A stretch of 64,000 nt of DNA from Vicinamibacterales bacterium. GTDB lineage: Bacteria; Acidobacteriota; Vicinamibacteria; Vicinamibacterales; UBA2999. This document shows positions 10,642 to 19,100 of the stretch, in pieces (the first letter of the stretch is position 1; every line of letters begins with the position of its first letter). A program made the translations under genes and the position numbers. The notes beneath the pieces were generated by a model, which ran no database searches, was not told the origin of the DNA, and worked only from the letters and a program-made list of their open reading frames with translations. The stretch is taken from assembly GCA_050247255.1 (NCBI GenBank), contig JBFWUM010000001.1, positions 30,653 to 94,652 on the forward strand, in the 5' to 3' direction.

Positions 10642-11802
10642 ATGCTGGATGTCGCAATCATTGGAGGCGGGCCCGGAGGCCTGTACACCGGCCTGCAGCT
10701 TGCCGAGGCCGGGTACCGCGTTGCCGTGTTCGAAGAACACGACGGCATTGGACAGCCCGTCCATTGTACCGGGGTGCTCGCCGGCGAGGCGTTCGCCGAG
10801 TTCGGCCTGCCTCAATCGTGCGTGCTCAACGAGCTGGCGACAGCACGCTTCTTTGGTCCCGGCGGCGCCGAGTTGTCGTACACCACGCCGCGTACGGAAG
10901 CGATCGTCGTCGATCGAGCGGCGCTCGACCGCTCGCTGGCGGAACGTGCCACCGCGGCGGGCGTCGAACTGCACCTCGGCGCGCGCGTCATCGGCGTCGA
11001 GCGCGAATCGCGGTGCATGGTGGTCCAGCGCGCCAGCGAGCGTGTCCAGGCGCGGGCCGTCGTCCTGGCGTGCGGCGCCAGCTACGGGCTGCAGCGCCGG
11101 CTCGGGCTCGGCATGCCGCCGGTCTCGCTGAACTCTGCGCAGCTCGAACTCCCGGCCTCCCGCAGCGGCGACGTCGAGGTCTACTTCGGCGCCGACGTCG
11201 CGCCGCGCGGTTTCGCCTGGACGGTGCCCGTGATGCGCCCTGCCGGCCACTTCGTGCGGGTCGGGTTGATGGGGCATGGGGACCCGTCGGCCAGCTTCAG
11301 GCGCTTCTTCGAGCGGATGGCCCCGTCGTGGGGCATTCCGCTGGCGGACCCGCCGGAGCCCCGGAAGCGTTTCCTCCCGCTGGCGTCGTTGCCGCGCACG
11401 TTCGGCGATCGGCTCCTGGCCGTCGGCGATGCCGCTGGCCTGGTGAAGCCGACGACCGGGGGCGGCATCTATTACAGCCTGGTGAGCGCGCGGCTGGCCG
11501 CCGAGACGCTGGCGCCGGCGCTGGCAGCCGATCGCCTCGATGCGCGGACGCTGTCGACGTTCCAGGATCGGTGGCGGCAGCGGCTCGGGCCTGAGCTGCG
11601 CGCCCAGCTGGCCCTTCGCATGCTGGCGCAGCGCCTGTCAGACGATGAAATCGATAGCCTGTTCGAGCTGGCGCGGACCAATGGCGTCATGCCGCTCATC
11701 CACCGGGCCGCCCAGTTCAACCAGCACCGCCACCTGATCGCCGAGCTGTTCCGGCACATCCCGGCGCGCCGGCTCCTGTTCCGCAGGCTGCTGCCGGTAT
11801 GA
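10642..11802 (+). CDS. FAD-dependent oxidoreductase, geranylgeranyl reductase family (alternative start 10612)
   Basis: DVAIIGGGPGG Rossmann motif, VDRAALD, VGDAAGLVKPTTGGGI. Confidence 0.88.
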   Translation: MLDVAIIGGGPGGLYTGLQLAEAGYRVAVFEEHDGIGQPVHCTGVLAGEAFAEFGLPQSCVLNELATARFFGPGGAELSYTTPRTEAIVVDRAALDRSLAERATAAGVELHLGARVIGVERESRCMVVQRASERVQARAVVLACGASYGLQRRLGLGMPPVSLNSAQLELPASRSGDVEVYFGADVAPRGFAWTVPVMRPAGHFVRVGLMGHGDPSASFRRFFERMAPSWGIPLADPPEPRKRFLPLASLPRTFGDRLLAVGDAAGLVKPTTGGGIYYSLVSARLAAETLAPALAADRLDARTLSTFQDRWRQRLGPELRAQLALRMLAQRLSDDEIDSLFELARTNGVMPLIHRAAQFNQHRHLIAELFRHIPARRLLFRRLLPV

Positions 11803-12089
11803 GCCCGGTTCACCGCGACGCGCGGCTCCGGGTCCCCGATGACGTCGTCTTCCGCGAGATCGCGGGCGAGTCGATGATCCTCCACCTCGGGTCCGGCATC
11901 TATTTCGGCCTCGATGGCGTCGGCACGCGCGCCTGGCAATTGCTGGCCGAGCACGGATCGATCGAGGGGGTCGTCTCGGCGATGGCCACCGAGTTCGATG
12001 CCGACGCCTCGACCATTTCCGCGGACGTGACCGCCCTGGTCAACGAACTCCTCCGCAAGCACCTCCTCGAGATCACACCCGACCCGTGA
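11799..12089 (+). CDS. PqqD-family RiPP recognition element (lasso B1)
   Basis: 96 aa; VVFREIAGESMILHL..GIYFGLDGVGTRAWQLL...ISADVTALVNEL; ATGA overlap with reductase. Confidence 0.93.
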   Translation: MSPVHRDARLRVPDDVVFREIAGESMILHLGSGIYFGLDGVGTRAWQLLAEHGSIEGVVSAMATEFDADASTISADVTALVNELLRKHLLEITPDP

Positions 12090-13822
12090 GCGGTCTCGGC
12101 GGCGTGCTCTACCTGGACGCCGGGCCTGCCACCGCAGGCGACGTGTCTCCGCTGCTGGCGGCGCAGGCGCATCGCGGCCCGGACGGTACGGCACTCGCCG
12201 TTGCCGGCAGCGTGGCCCTTGGTGTTGCGCGGCTGCGCACGATGCCGGACCACCTCGACATCGTCGAAACTGCCGATGGCCTGGTCGCGGCGATGGATGG
12301 TTGCGTTGACGATCGGCGCGCGTTGGCGGAAACGCTGAACGTCGGCGGTGCACCCTCAGGACTGGAGCTGATCCTCGAGGGGTACCGGCGCTGGGGCATC
12401 GGCGTCGTTGACAGGCTCGTCGGCGAGTGTGCCGTCGTCCTCTGGGATGCGCGTCTCCGGCGTCTCGTGTTGTTCAGAGACGTGATTGGCATGCGGCCGC
12501 TCTGTTACCGCGTTGCCGGTTCGCGGCTGCTCATCGCTTCGGAGCCGCAGGCGCTGGCGCGGACCCTGCCCACCAGCGTGAATGAGGGTTACCTCGCCGA
12601 GCATCTGGCGGACGATGTGGCGAGCCGAGACGAGACTCTCTTCAGGGATGTCTACCGCGTGCCGCCCGGCGATGTCGTTCTCCACGAGCGCGGGCGCCTG
12701 CGGCGCTCGCGCTACTGGCACCCGGCAGCAAAGACGATCCGCTATCGCCGGCCGGACGACTACCTCGAACACTTCCGGGAGTTGTTCGGCCACGCCGTCG
12801 AGGATCGATTGCCGGCCACTGGCGCGGCGCTGACGCTCAGCGGCGGCATCGATTCGTCAATCGTCGCCGCCGAGGTCGCGGCGATGCGCGCGGACGGACA
12901 CGCGGGCGCGGCCGCGACAGCGGCGCTGACGCTGTCGCACCCGGGGCGGCCTGAAGACGAAACCGGCCGTGCCGCCGAGACGGCAGCTCGACTCGAGATG
13001 CCCTGGAGGTCGGCGGCGGCGCTGGTTCCCGGGGAAGAGTATTTCGCGGAGGCTGCCCGCCGCGCGGCGGATCTGCCGGAACCACCCACCGCGGCGAGCG
13101 CGCGTCCCCTGCGCGACGCCGTGCGCGCTTCCGGTCACCGGGTGGTGTTGACCGGGTACGGCGGCGACGAATGGTTCTCGGCACATCAGGAGCCGCGGCA
13201 TCTGCGGGCCTGGCACCGCGCGCCCGCATGGAGCCGCCGAGCGATCCGCCGCCTGCTCGGTCGTTCGAAGGTCCCGGCGTGGATTGATCGGGGCTTTGCC
13301 GCCAGGGTGGACCTGGCCCGCCGGCTCGGGCACTGGGAGCCAGAGGTGCGGCTGCCGACTGGGGCAGCGACGCGGCTGTTCCATGGCGCGATGCACGGGG
13401 AACTGCTCTGGCGGCGCGAATTGGCCGAACGGCTTGCCGCCTGGGCAGGCTTTGAAGAGCGGTCACCGCTCTTCGATCGCCGCGTGGTCGAGTTCGCGTG
13501 CGCCCTGCCAAACGACGTGCGCGCGCGTGACGGGGTCAACAAGTGGATCCTGCGACGCGCCTACCGGGCCGTGTTGCCGCCGTGGGCGGCGAATCCGCCC
13601 GCCGCAGCAGGTTTCAACTGGATTGTCGCTGATTGCCTGCAGCGGTTCGGTGGGATTGACCGGGTGGAACGGTCCGCGGCGGCGCGCAATGGCTGGCTGG
13701 ACAGCGCGGCCCTGCGGCAGTTGCATCACGATCTCGAAGCCGGGAACCCGGGGAGCGTCCTGCCGCTCTGGAACGCGCTTGCCGTCTCATACTTTCTCGA
13801 CAGCGTCTCCCTCCCGCGTTGA
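12086..13822 (+). CDS. Asparagine synthetase-like lasso peptide cyclase (C protein)
   Basis: MSG start (no Cys1), HRGPDG, LSGGIDSS, LTGYGGDE, RSPLFDRRVVEFACALP; flanked by RRE and precursor. Confidence 0.88.
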   Translation: MSGLGGVLYLDAGPATAGDVSPLLAAQAHRGPDGTALAVAGSVALGVARLRTMPDHLDIVETADGLVAAMDGCVDDRRALAETLNVGGAPSGLELILEGYRRWGIGVVDRLVGECAVVLWDARLRRLVLFRDVIGMRPLCYRVAGSRLLIASEPQALARTLPTSVNEGYLAEHLADDVASRDETLFRDVYRVPPGDVVLHERGRLRRSRYWHPAAKTIRYRRPDDYLEHFRELFGHAVEDRLPATGAALTLSGGIDSSIVAAEVAAMRADGHAGAAATAALTLSHPGRPEDETGRAAETAARLEMPWRSAAALVPGEEYFAEAARRAADLPEPPTAASARPLRDAVRASGHRVVLTGYGGDEWFSAHQEPRHLRAWHRAPAWSRRAIRRLLGRSKVPAWIDRGFAARVDLARRLGHWEPEVRLPTGAATRLFHGAMHGELLWRRELAERLAAWAGFEERSPLFDRRVVEFACALPNDVRARDGVNKWILRRAYRAVLPPWAANPPAAAGFNWIVADCLQRFGGIDRVERSAAARNGWLDSAALRQLHHDLEAGNPGSVLPLWNALAVSYFLDSVSLPR

Positions 13823-13847
13823 AATGCCCCCATCGGGCGGGTACCAT
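13819..13847 (+). promoter_or_regulatory. Putative sigma70 promoter of precursor gene (TTGAAA-N17-TACCAT)
   Basis: TTGAAA 13819-13824, 17-bp spacer, TACCAT 13842-13847, GAGG 13854-13857, ATG 13862. Confidence 0.6.
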
Positions 13848-13861
13848 AGCGCCGAGGCCAT

Positions 13862-14014
13862 ATGACCACACCCCATGAACCCAAGCGCACCGGCCAGGAG
13901 AAGCGCCCTTACCATCGGCCGAAGCTGACCGAGTACGGGTCGGTCGCCAAGCTGACCAGGACCGGGGCCGGCACCATCCTCGAAGGGTCGTCGCCGAACA
14001 AGATGATGATGTAG
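13862..14014 (+). CDS. Lasso peptide precursor, 50 aa: MTTPHEPKRTGQEKRPYHRPKLTEYGSVAKLTR-TGAGTILEGSSPNKMMM
   Basis: Translated by hand (below the ORF-track cutoff); exact YxxPxLxxxGxxxxxT leader motif; Glu at core position 8; directly after cyclase. Confidence 0.92.
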   Translation: MTTPHEPKRTGQEKRPYHRPKLTEYGSVAKLTRTGAGTILEGSSPNKMMM

Positions 14015-14022
14015 CCTGCGCC

Positions 14023-15156
14023 GTGTCGTTGGTACTCGAAGAGCATCGGCGCTACCTCGCCGATTCGGTCCGGCTCGACGCGTTCAGCCGGGCGATCAGC
14101 GCCGTCGTTCGACCCGGCGATCGAGTCCTCGACCTGGCCAGCGGCAGCGGCATTCTCGGCTTCCTCGCCTGCCGCGCCGGCGCGGCCCGTGTGTACGCCA
14201 TCGACAACAGTCCGGCCATCCAGCTTGGCCGCGACCTGGCCAGCGCCAACGGCCTCGGCGATCGCATCACCTTCCTCCGCGAGTTTTCCACGCGCGCGAT
14301 CCTTCCCGAGCCTGCCGACGTGCTCGTGTTCGACCAGCTCGGCCCCATGGGGTACGAGGCCGGCGTGTTCGAGTTCGGACGTGATGCGAGGCAGCGGCTC
14401 CTGGCACCAGGCGCACGCATCATTCCCTCCGCCGTCGATCTCTCGTTCGCCGCGGTCGAGAGCTCGGTCCTCCGACAGCAGGTCGCCTTCTGGAGTGAAC
14501 CGGGCCGGGATTTCGACCTGTCCAGCATCGGGCCCCTGGCCGCGAACACGGTGTACACGTCGGAGGGCGGGGATCTGCGCCGGTTGAGCGACGCCGGCGT
14601 GGCAGCCTCGCTCGACATCGGCGGCGATGCCACGCACATCCAGGCGGCCTTGACACTGTCGCTTCGTGAACCCGGGCGGCTCGACGCCCTCTGTGGATGG
14701 TTCACCGCCCACCTCGCCCCGGGTGTCACCATGACCAACGCTCCCGACGCGGCGGCGCGCATCGATCGTCGCGTGGGGCTGCTGCCGATCGAGCCCGCCG
14801 TGCCGGTGCGGCCTGGAGACCAACTCACGATCACGCTGTTGATCAGGCCCGCCGACGAGCAGATTGCGTGGAGTGGTGAGGTTCGCCGCGATGGACAGGC
14901 GGTCGCGACGTTCCGTCACAGTTCCTTCCAGGGCGAGATCATTCCTGACGAGGCGCGGCAGGCGGCGGATCCGGCCACGCGGCCGCGGCTGTCGGCCCTC
15001 GGCGAAGCGCACCGCACCGTCCTGCAGATGTGCGACGGCACCGTGCCGGTTGCCGACATCGAGCGCGCCATTCTCGAGCGGCACGCGTCGGCACTGGGGA
15101 GTCCTGCCGCCGCCGCGGCGTTCGTCCACGAGGCGATCAACGCCAACTGCCGCTAA
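14023..15156 (+). CDS. Class I SAM methyltransferase, PRMT-like, with C-terminal PqqD-like helical segment
   Basis: EHRRYLADSVR, VLDLASGSGILG, RAGAARVYAID, LAPGARIIP, CGWF; tail VLQMCDGTVPVADIERAI. Confidence 0.85.
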   Translation: MSLVLEEHRRYLADSVRLDAFSRAISAVVRPGDRVLDLASGSGILGFLACRAGAARVYAIDNSPAIQLGRDLASANGLGDRITFLREFSTRAILPEPADVLVFDQLGPMGYEAGVFEFGRDARQRLLAPGARIIPSAVDLSFAAVESSVLRQQVAFWSEPGRDFDLSSIGPLAANTVYTSEGGDLRRLSDAGVAASLDIGGDATHIQAALTLSLREPGRLDALCGWFTAHLAPGVTMTNAPDAAARIDRRVGLLPIEPAVPVRPGDQLTITLLIRPADEQIAWSGEVRRDGQAVATFRHSSFQGEIIPDEARQAADPATRPRLSALGEAHRTVLQMCDGTVPVADIERAILERHASALGSPAAAAAFVHEAINANCR

Positions 15157-15160
15157 CGAG

Positions 15161-16087
15161 ATGCACTGTTACCGCGTCGGTGACCTGACGGTCGCGTCAG
15201 CGTCCGCCGTGGCCGGATTGCACGAGATCGAGACGGCTTCCACCCTGTGGCGCTTCGTCATCCGGCGCGGCGACCCGCCGCGGGTGCGCCGTGCGTATCA
15301 CCGCGCCGACAGCCCCGGGTATACGCACCGGTGGCGCACGCTGGGCCGCCTCGGCTTCGGGCACATCATCCACTTTCACCGCGCCGCCACCTTCGTGCTC
15401 GACGTGGCCGGTCAGCAGATCACGGCCTTCCAACGCCGCGGCCAGTCGCGCGAGGAGATCCAGCAGTTGCTGGTGGCGCAAGTGCTGCCGCTCGTCCTCG
15501 GCCTGGGAGGACGCGTGGTGTTGCATGCCAGCGCGGCGGTGTCGGCGCGCGGGGCGCTCGCGTTTGTCGGCGCGCCGCGTCAGGGAAAGTCGTCGATTGC
15601 GCTGGCGCTCGCCGCGCGCGGCTATGCCGTGGCGGCGGATGATTGCCTGGTGATCGATCCGCGCCGCGGCTGCCGCATCGTGCCAGTGGATGTGGGCGTC
15701 CGCTTGTGGCCGGACGCCGCGCTCCGACACGGGGCGACATCGTCCGGACAGCGTGCCGGGTTTGCAGCGCATGCCCGTGGTAAGCGGCGTGTGCCGCTGG
15801 CCGACCTTGGCATACGCGGCGTCGCGCGCCGGCCTGTCCTGCGTCGGCTGTACCTGCTCAATCCCGGCGGCCGCCGGGTCTCGTCGGCGCCCGTGGCGCC
15901 GAGGGAAGCGGTCATTCGATTGCTCGAGGCGAGCTTCCAGCTGGATCATGACGCCGCAGACGCCATGCGGCAGGCCTTCGAGAACCTGACACGGGTCGTT
16001 GAGGCCGTCGAGGTGCGGCGGCTCTCGTATCCGCGATCACCAACCTGCCTGCCCGAGATCGTGCGCACGCTCGAAGCCGACGGATAG
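15161..16087 (+). CDS. HPr kinase-like P-loop kinase (paeninodin PadeK-like)
   Basis: VLHASAA, GAPRQGKSS Walker A, ADD; ATG 4 nt after methyltransferase stop. Confidence 0.82.
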   Translation: MHCYRVGDLTVASASAVAGLHEIETASTLWRFVIRRGDPPRVRRAYHRADSPGYTHRWRTLGRLGFGHIIHFHRAATFVLDVAGQQITAFQRRGQSREEIQQLLVAQVLPLVLGLGGRVVLHASAAVSARGALAFVGAPRQGKSSIALALAARGYAVAADDCLVIDPRRGCRIVPVDVGVRLWPDAALRHGATSSGQRAGFAAHARGKRRVPLADLGIRGVARRPVLRRLYLLNPGGRRVSSAPVAPREAVIRLLEASFQLDHDAADAMRQAFENLTRVVEAVEVRRLSYPRSPTCLPEIVRTLEADG

Positions 16088-16110
16088 AAGACAGGCGCCT
16101 CGTACGCAAT

Positions 16111-16139
16111 AAAGGGCTCCGGAACCTCCGGAGCCCTTT
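16111..16139. terminator. Bidirectional intrinsic terminator
   Basis: AAAGGGCTCCGGA-ACC-TCCGGAGCCCTTT hairpin between convergent genes. Confidence 0.85.
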
Positions 16140-16161
16140 GTGTGTACGAACCGCCTGGCGG

Positions 16162-19100
16162 CTACGGAATGAGCGTCAGTCGGCCGCTGCTGTTCATCGT
16201 TAAGCGGTCAGCGAGCACCGTGCCCAGGAGCTGCGCGCCGCCGTTGATCGTCACGGTCCTCGTCGGCACGAACACCGATCCATACAGGCTCATGCTGTTG
16301 TTGAGCTTGAGGTTGCCGTTCGTGACGCGCAGCGTCACCCAGTCGGGCCGTGCCGCCGCGCCGATGTTCCCGGTCGGAGCCATCTGGTTGCGCACGGTGA
16401 TGATGACCGGCCCGACGACCTGGATCTGGCTGCCGGCGTTGAGCGTCAGCGTCTGGAAGTTGTAGACCGCCGGCTCGGTCGCGCCGGCGACACCGAGGAT
16501 GAAGACGCTCCCGGAGTTGGCGATGAACGTCCGGTAGGTCCCCGGGGGTACCGCCACCTGGCGTCCGCTCTGGTTGATGGTCAGGTCACGCAGCGTCGCG
16601 AAATTACCCGGCGTCTGGCTGTTGTTGTTCAGCTGTACGTTCCGGGTGCCGCCATAGTTGGTCGGCGGGTTCGCAATCGTCGGCCAGGTTTCCGGATCCG
16701 TCCGGCGGACGACGTGGCCGACCGTGGCGCCGCTGTTGATCGTCACGCGGTGGTTGGTCGGCGTGGCCGCGCCGCTGCCGTTGATCGTCCCCTGGTAGTT
16801 CGGCGTGCCGTTGATGGTAATCGCCGGCATGCCGCGCATCAGCAGGTCGCCGGTCAGCGTCGCGTTGCCGTTGAACTGGATGTTCACGGCATTCATGATG
16901 TGGACCGTCCCGTCGACGATGCTGCTGGAGTTGAAATAGGTCTCGCGGCGAATCTTCGCGCCGGCCGCAGGTGTCGCCGTCACCTCGATCGTCACCGTCG
17001 CCGCGGCGCTTGCCGCGGTGCCCCGCAGCGCCCGGTAGGTGAACGTGTCCGTTCCGGTGAAGCCGTCTTCAGGCGTGTAGGTGAACGCGCCGTTGGCCTG
17101 CAGCGTGAGCGTCCCGTTCGCGGGTGTCGTGACGACCTCGGCCGTCAACGAGCCCTCGCCGGGGTTCTCGTCGTTGCTGAGCACGCCTGGCGCCGGCGTG
17201 GTGAGCGCCGTGTTGATCCGCGTTTCGTAGGCATCAGCCACCGCGGTCGGCGCCCCGGCCGTGACCGTGATCGTGACGGTCGTGCTGGCGCTCTCGGCCT
17301 CATCCTCGTCGACTGCGCGGTAGGCGAAGGTCGCCGTTCCCACGAAGCCATTGGCCGGCGTGTAGGTAAACGAGCCGTCCGGGTTGAGCGACACCGTCCC
17401 GCTCGAGGCAGGCTGCGCCAGTTCGGCCGTCAGCATGCCGCCATCGGGATCGGAATCGTTGTCGAGCACCCCTTCGCCGCTGACGGTGAGGGTCGTGTTG
17501 CCCTCGACCGTGTAGGTGTCGGCGGTGGCCGTCGGCGCGCGATTGACCCGGATGCTGACGGTGGCCGTGTTGCTGGTCTGCGAGCCACGGGTGATGCGAT
17601 AGGTGAACGTCGTCGTCCCGCCGAAGTTCGCGGGCGGCGTGTAGGCAAACGCCCCGTTGGTCTGGAGGACCACGCTGCCGTTGCCCGGGTTCGAGACAAT
17701 GGCGACCGTCACCTGCCCCTGGCCTTCCGGCACCTCGTCATTGCCCAGGACGCCAGGCGTCTGCACGTTGAGCACGGTCCCGGCGCTGGCGACGTACTGG
17801 TCGTCGACGGCGGTCAGCGGCGCCGCCACCGTGATCGTCACCGTCACCGGCTCGCTCTCGCCCTCGTTCTCGTCGCGGGCGCGGTAGGTAAAGGTCACCG
17901 AGCCGCTGAAGCCGGTGGCCGCGACGTAGCTGAAGGAGCCGTCCGGGTTCAACGTCAGCGTCCCGTTGGCCGGGCCGCTGACCAGGACCGCCGTCAGGTC
18001 GTCGTCGTCGCCGTCAGAATCGTTGTCGAGCACGCCCGGCGCCGGCACCTCCAGCGTGTCGCCGGCGGTGGCTTCGTACGAGTCAGGCGCGCCGGTTGGA
18101 ACCTGGTTCGGCGCGGTGATGGTCCAGGTGAAGCTCGCGGACCCCGATGCGCCCATCGTGTCGTTCACGGTCACCGTCACCGAGTGCGTCCCGACGCCGC
18201 TCGCCGCCGGCGTGCCGCTGATGATGCCGGTGCTGCCGGCGATGGCGAGCCCGGGGGGGAGGCCGGTGGCACTGAACGTGAGCGCCTGCTCGTCGGGATC
18301 GCTGGCGGCGATCTGGAGCTGGACCTCGGTGCCGGCGACCGTCGTCTGGTTCGTCGCCGAGACCGACGGCGGCTGGTTGGTCGGTCCGCCGTTGCACGCG
18401 TTCAGCAGCGGACCGTTGGCCACCGTCGAGTCCCACCGGCAGACGCTGTCAACCGCGCCGCCGTTTCCCTGGTCGTGCGGCACCCCGACGAACACGCGTC
18501 CGGTGCAGCTGCCGCCGTTCTCGTCCGTGGCTTCGAAGCCGATCTCGTAAACGCGGCCGTTCTGGCCCCCCTGGCGCTCGCGGCGCACTCTCGCCTCGTC
18601 GTCGCCGACGCCCCAGCCGTCGATGGCGAACGCGCCGTCACCCAGGGTGTCGGTCGGCTCGTCCTGCCAGATGTACTTCACCACCACGTCGAGGTCATCG
18701 CCATCGCCGTCGGGATCGGTGATCCCTTCGATCTCGATTTCGTCGGTGCGGCGATGGTTCGGCGGCCAGAGCGTCGACGGCGAGGCCGTTGCCGCGGAGC
18801 AAATCGGCGGGGCGTTCTGCGACAGGACCGTGATCGTGACCGTCGCCGTGGCGGCGAGCCCGTCGCCGTCGATCGCATCGTAGGTGAAGGTGACCGGGCC
18901 GGTGTAGCCGAGCGTGCTCTCGTAGGTGAAGCCGCCGTCGGCCAGCAGCATCAGCGTTCCGCGTGACGGGCTGGTCACGCGCGCAGCGGTCAGCACGGCG
19001 TCGTCGACATCCGTGTCATTGGTCAGCACGCCGGGAGCGGGGACGACGAGCGTCTGTCCTTCCACCACCGTGTAGCTGTCGTTGACCGCCGTCGGCGCGT

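Noticed and set aside
13909-15129. 406-aa minus-strand ORF covering the precursor and methyltransferase
   Set aside because: Shadow ORF without motifs; the plus-strand genes have clear family signatures
14864-15160. Long N-terminal extensions given by the ORF track (kinase, carbamoyltransferase, wzt, several GTs, sppA)
   Set aside because: They overlap upstream genes; family homology and coupled start/stop codons indicate the later starts used here
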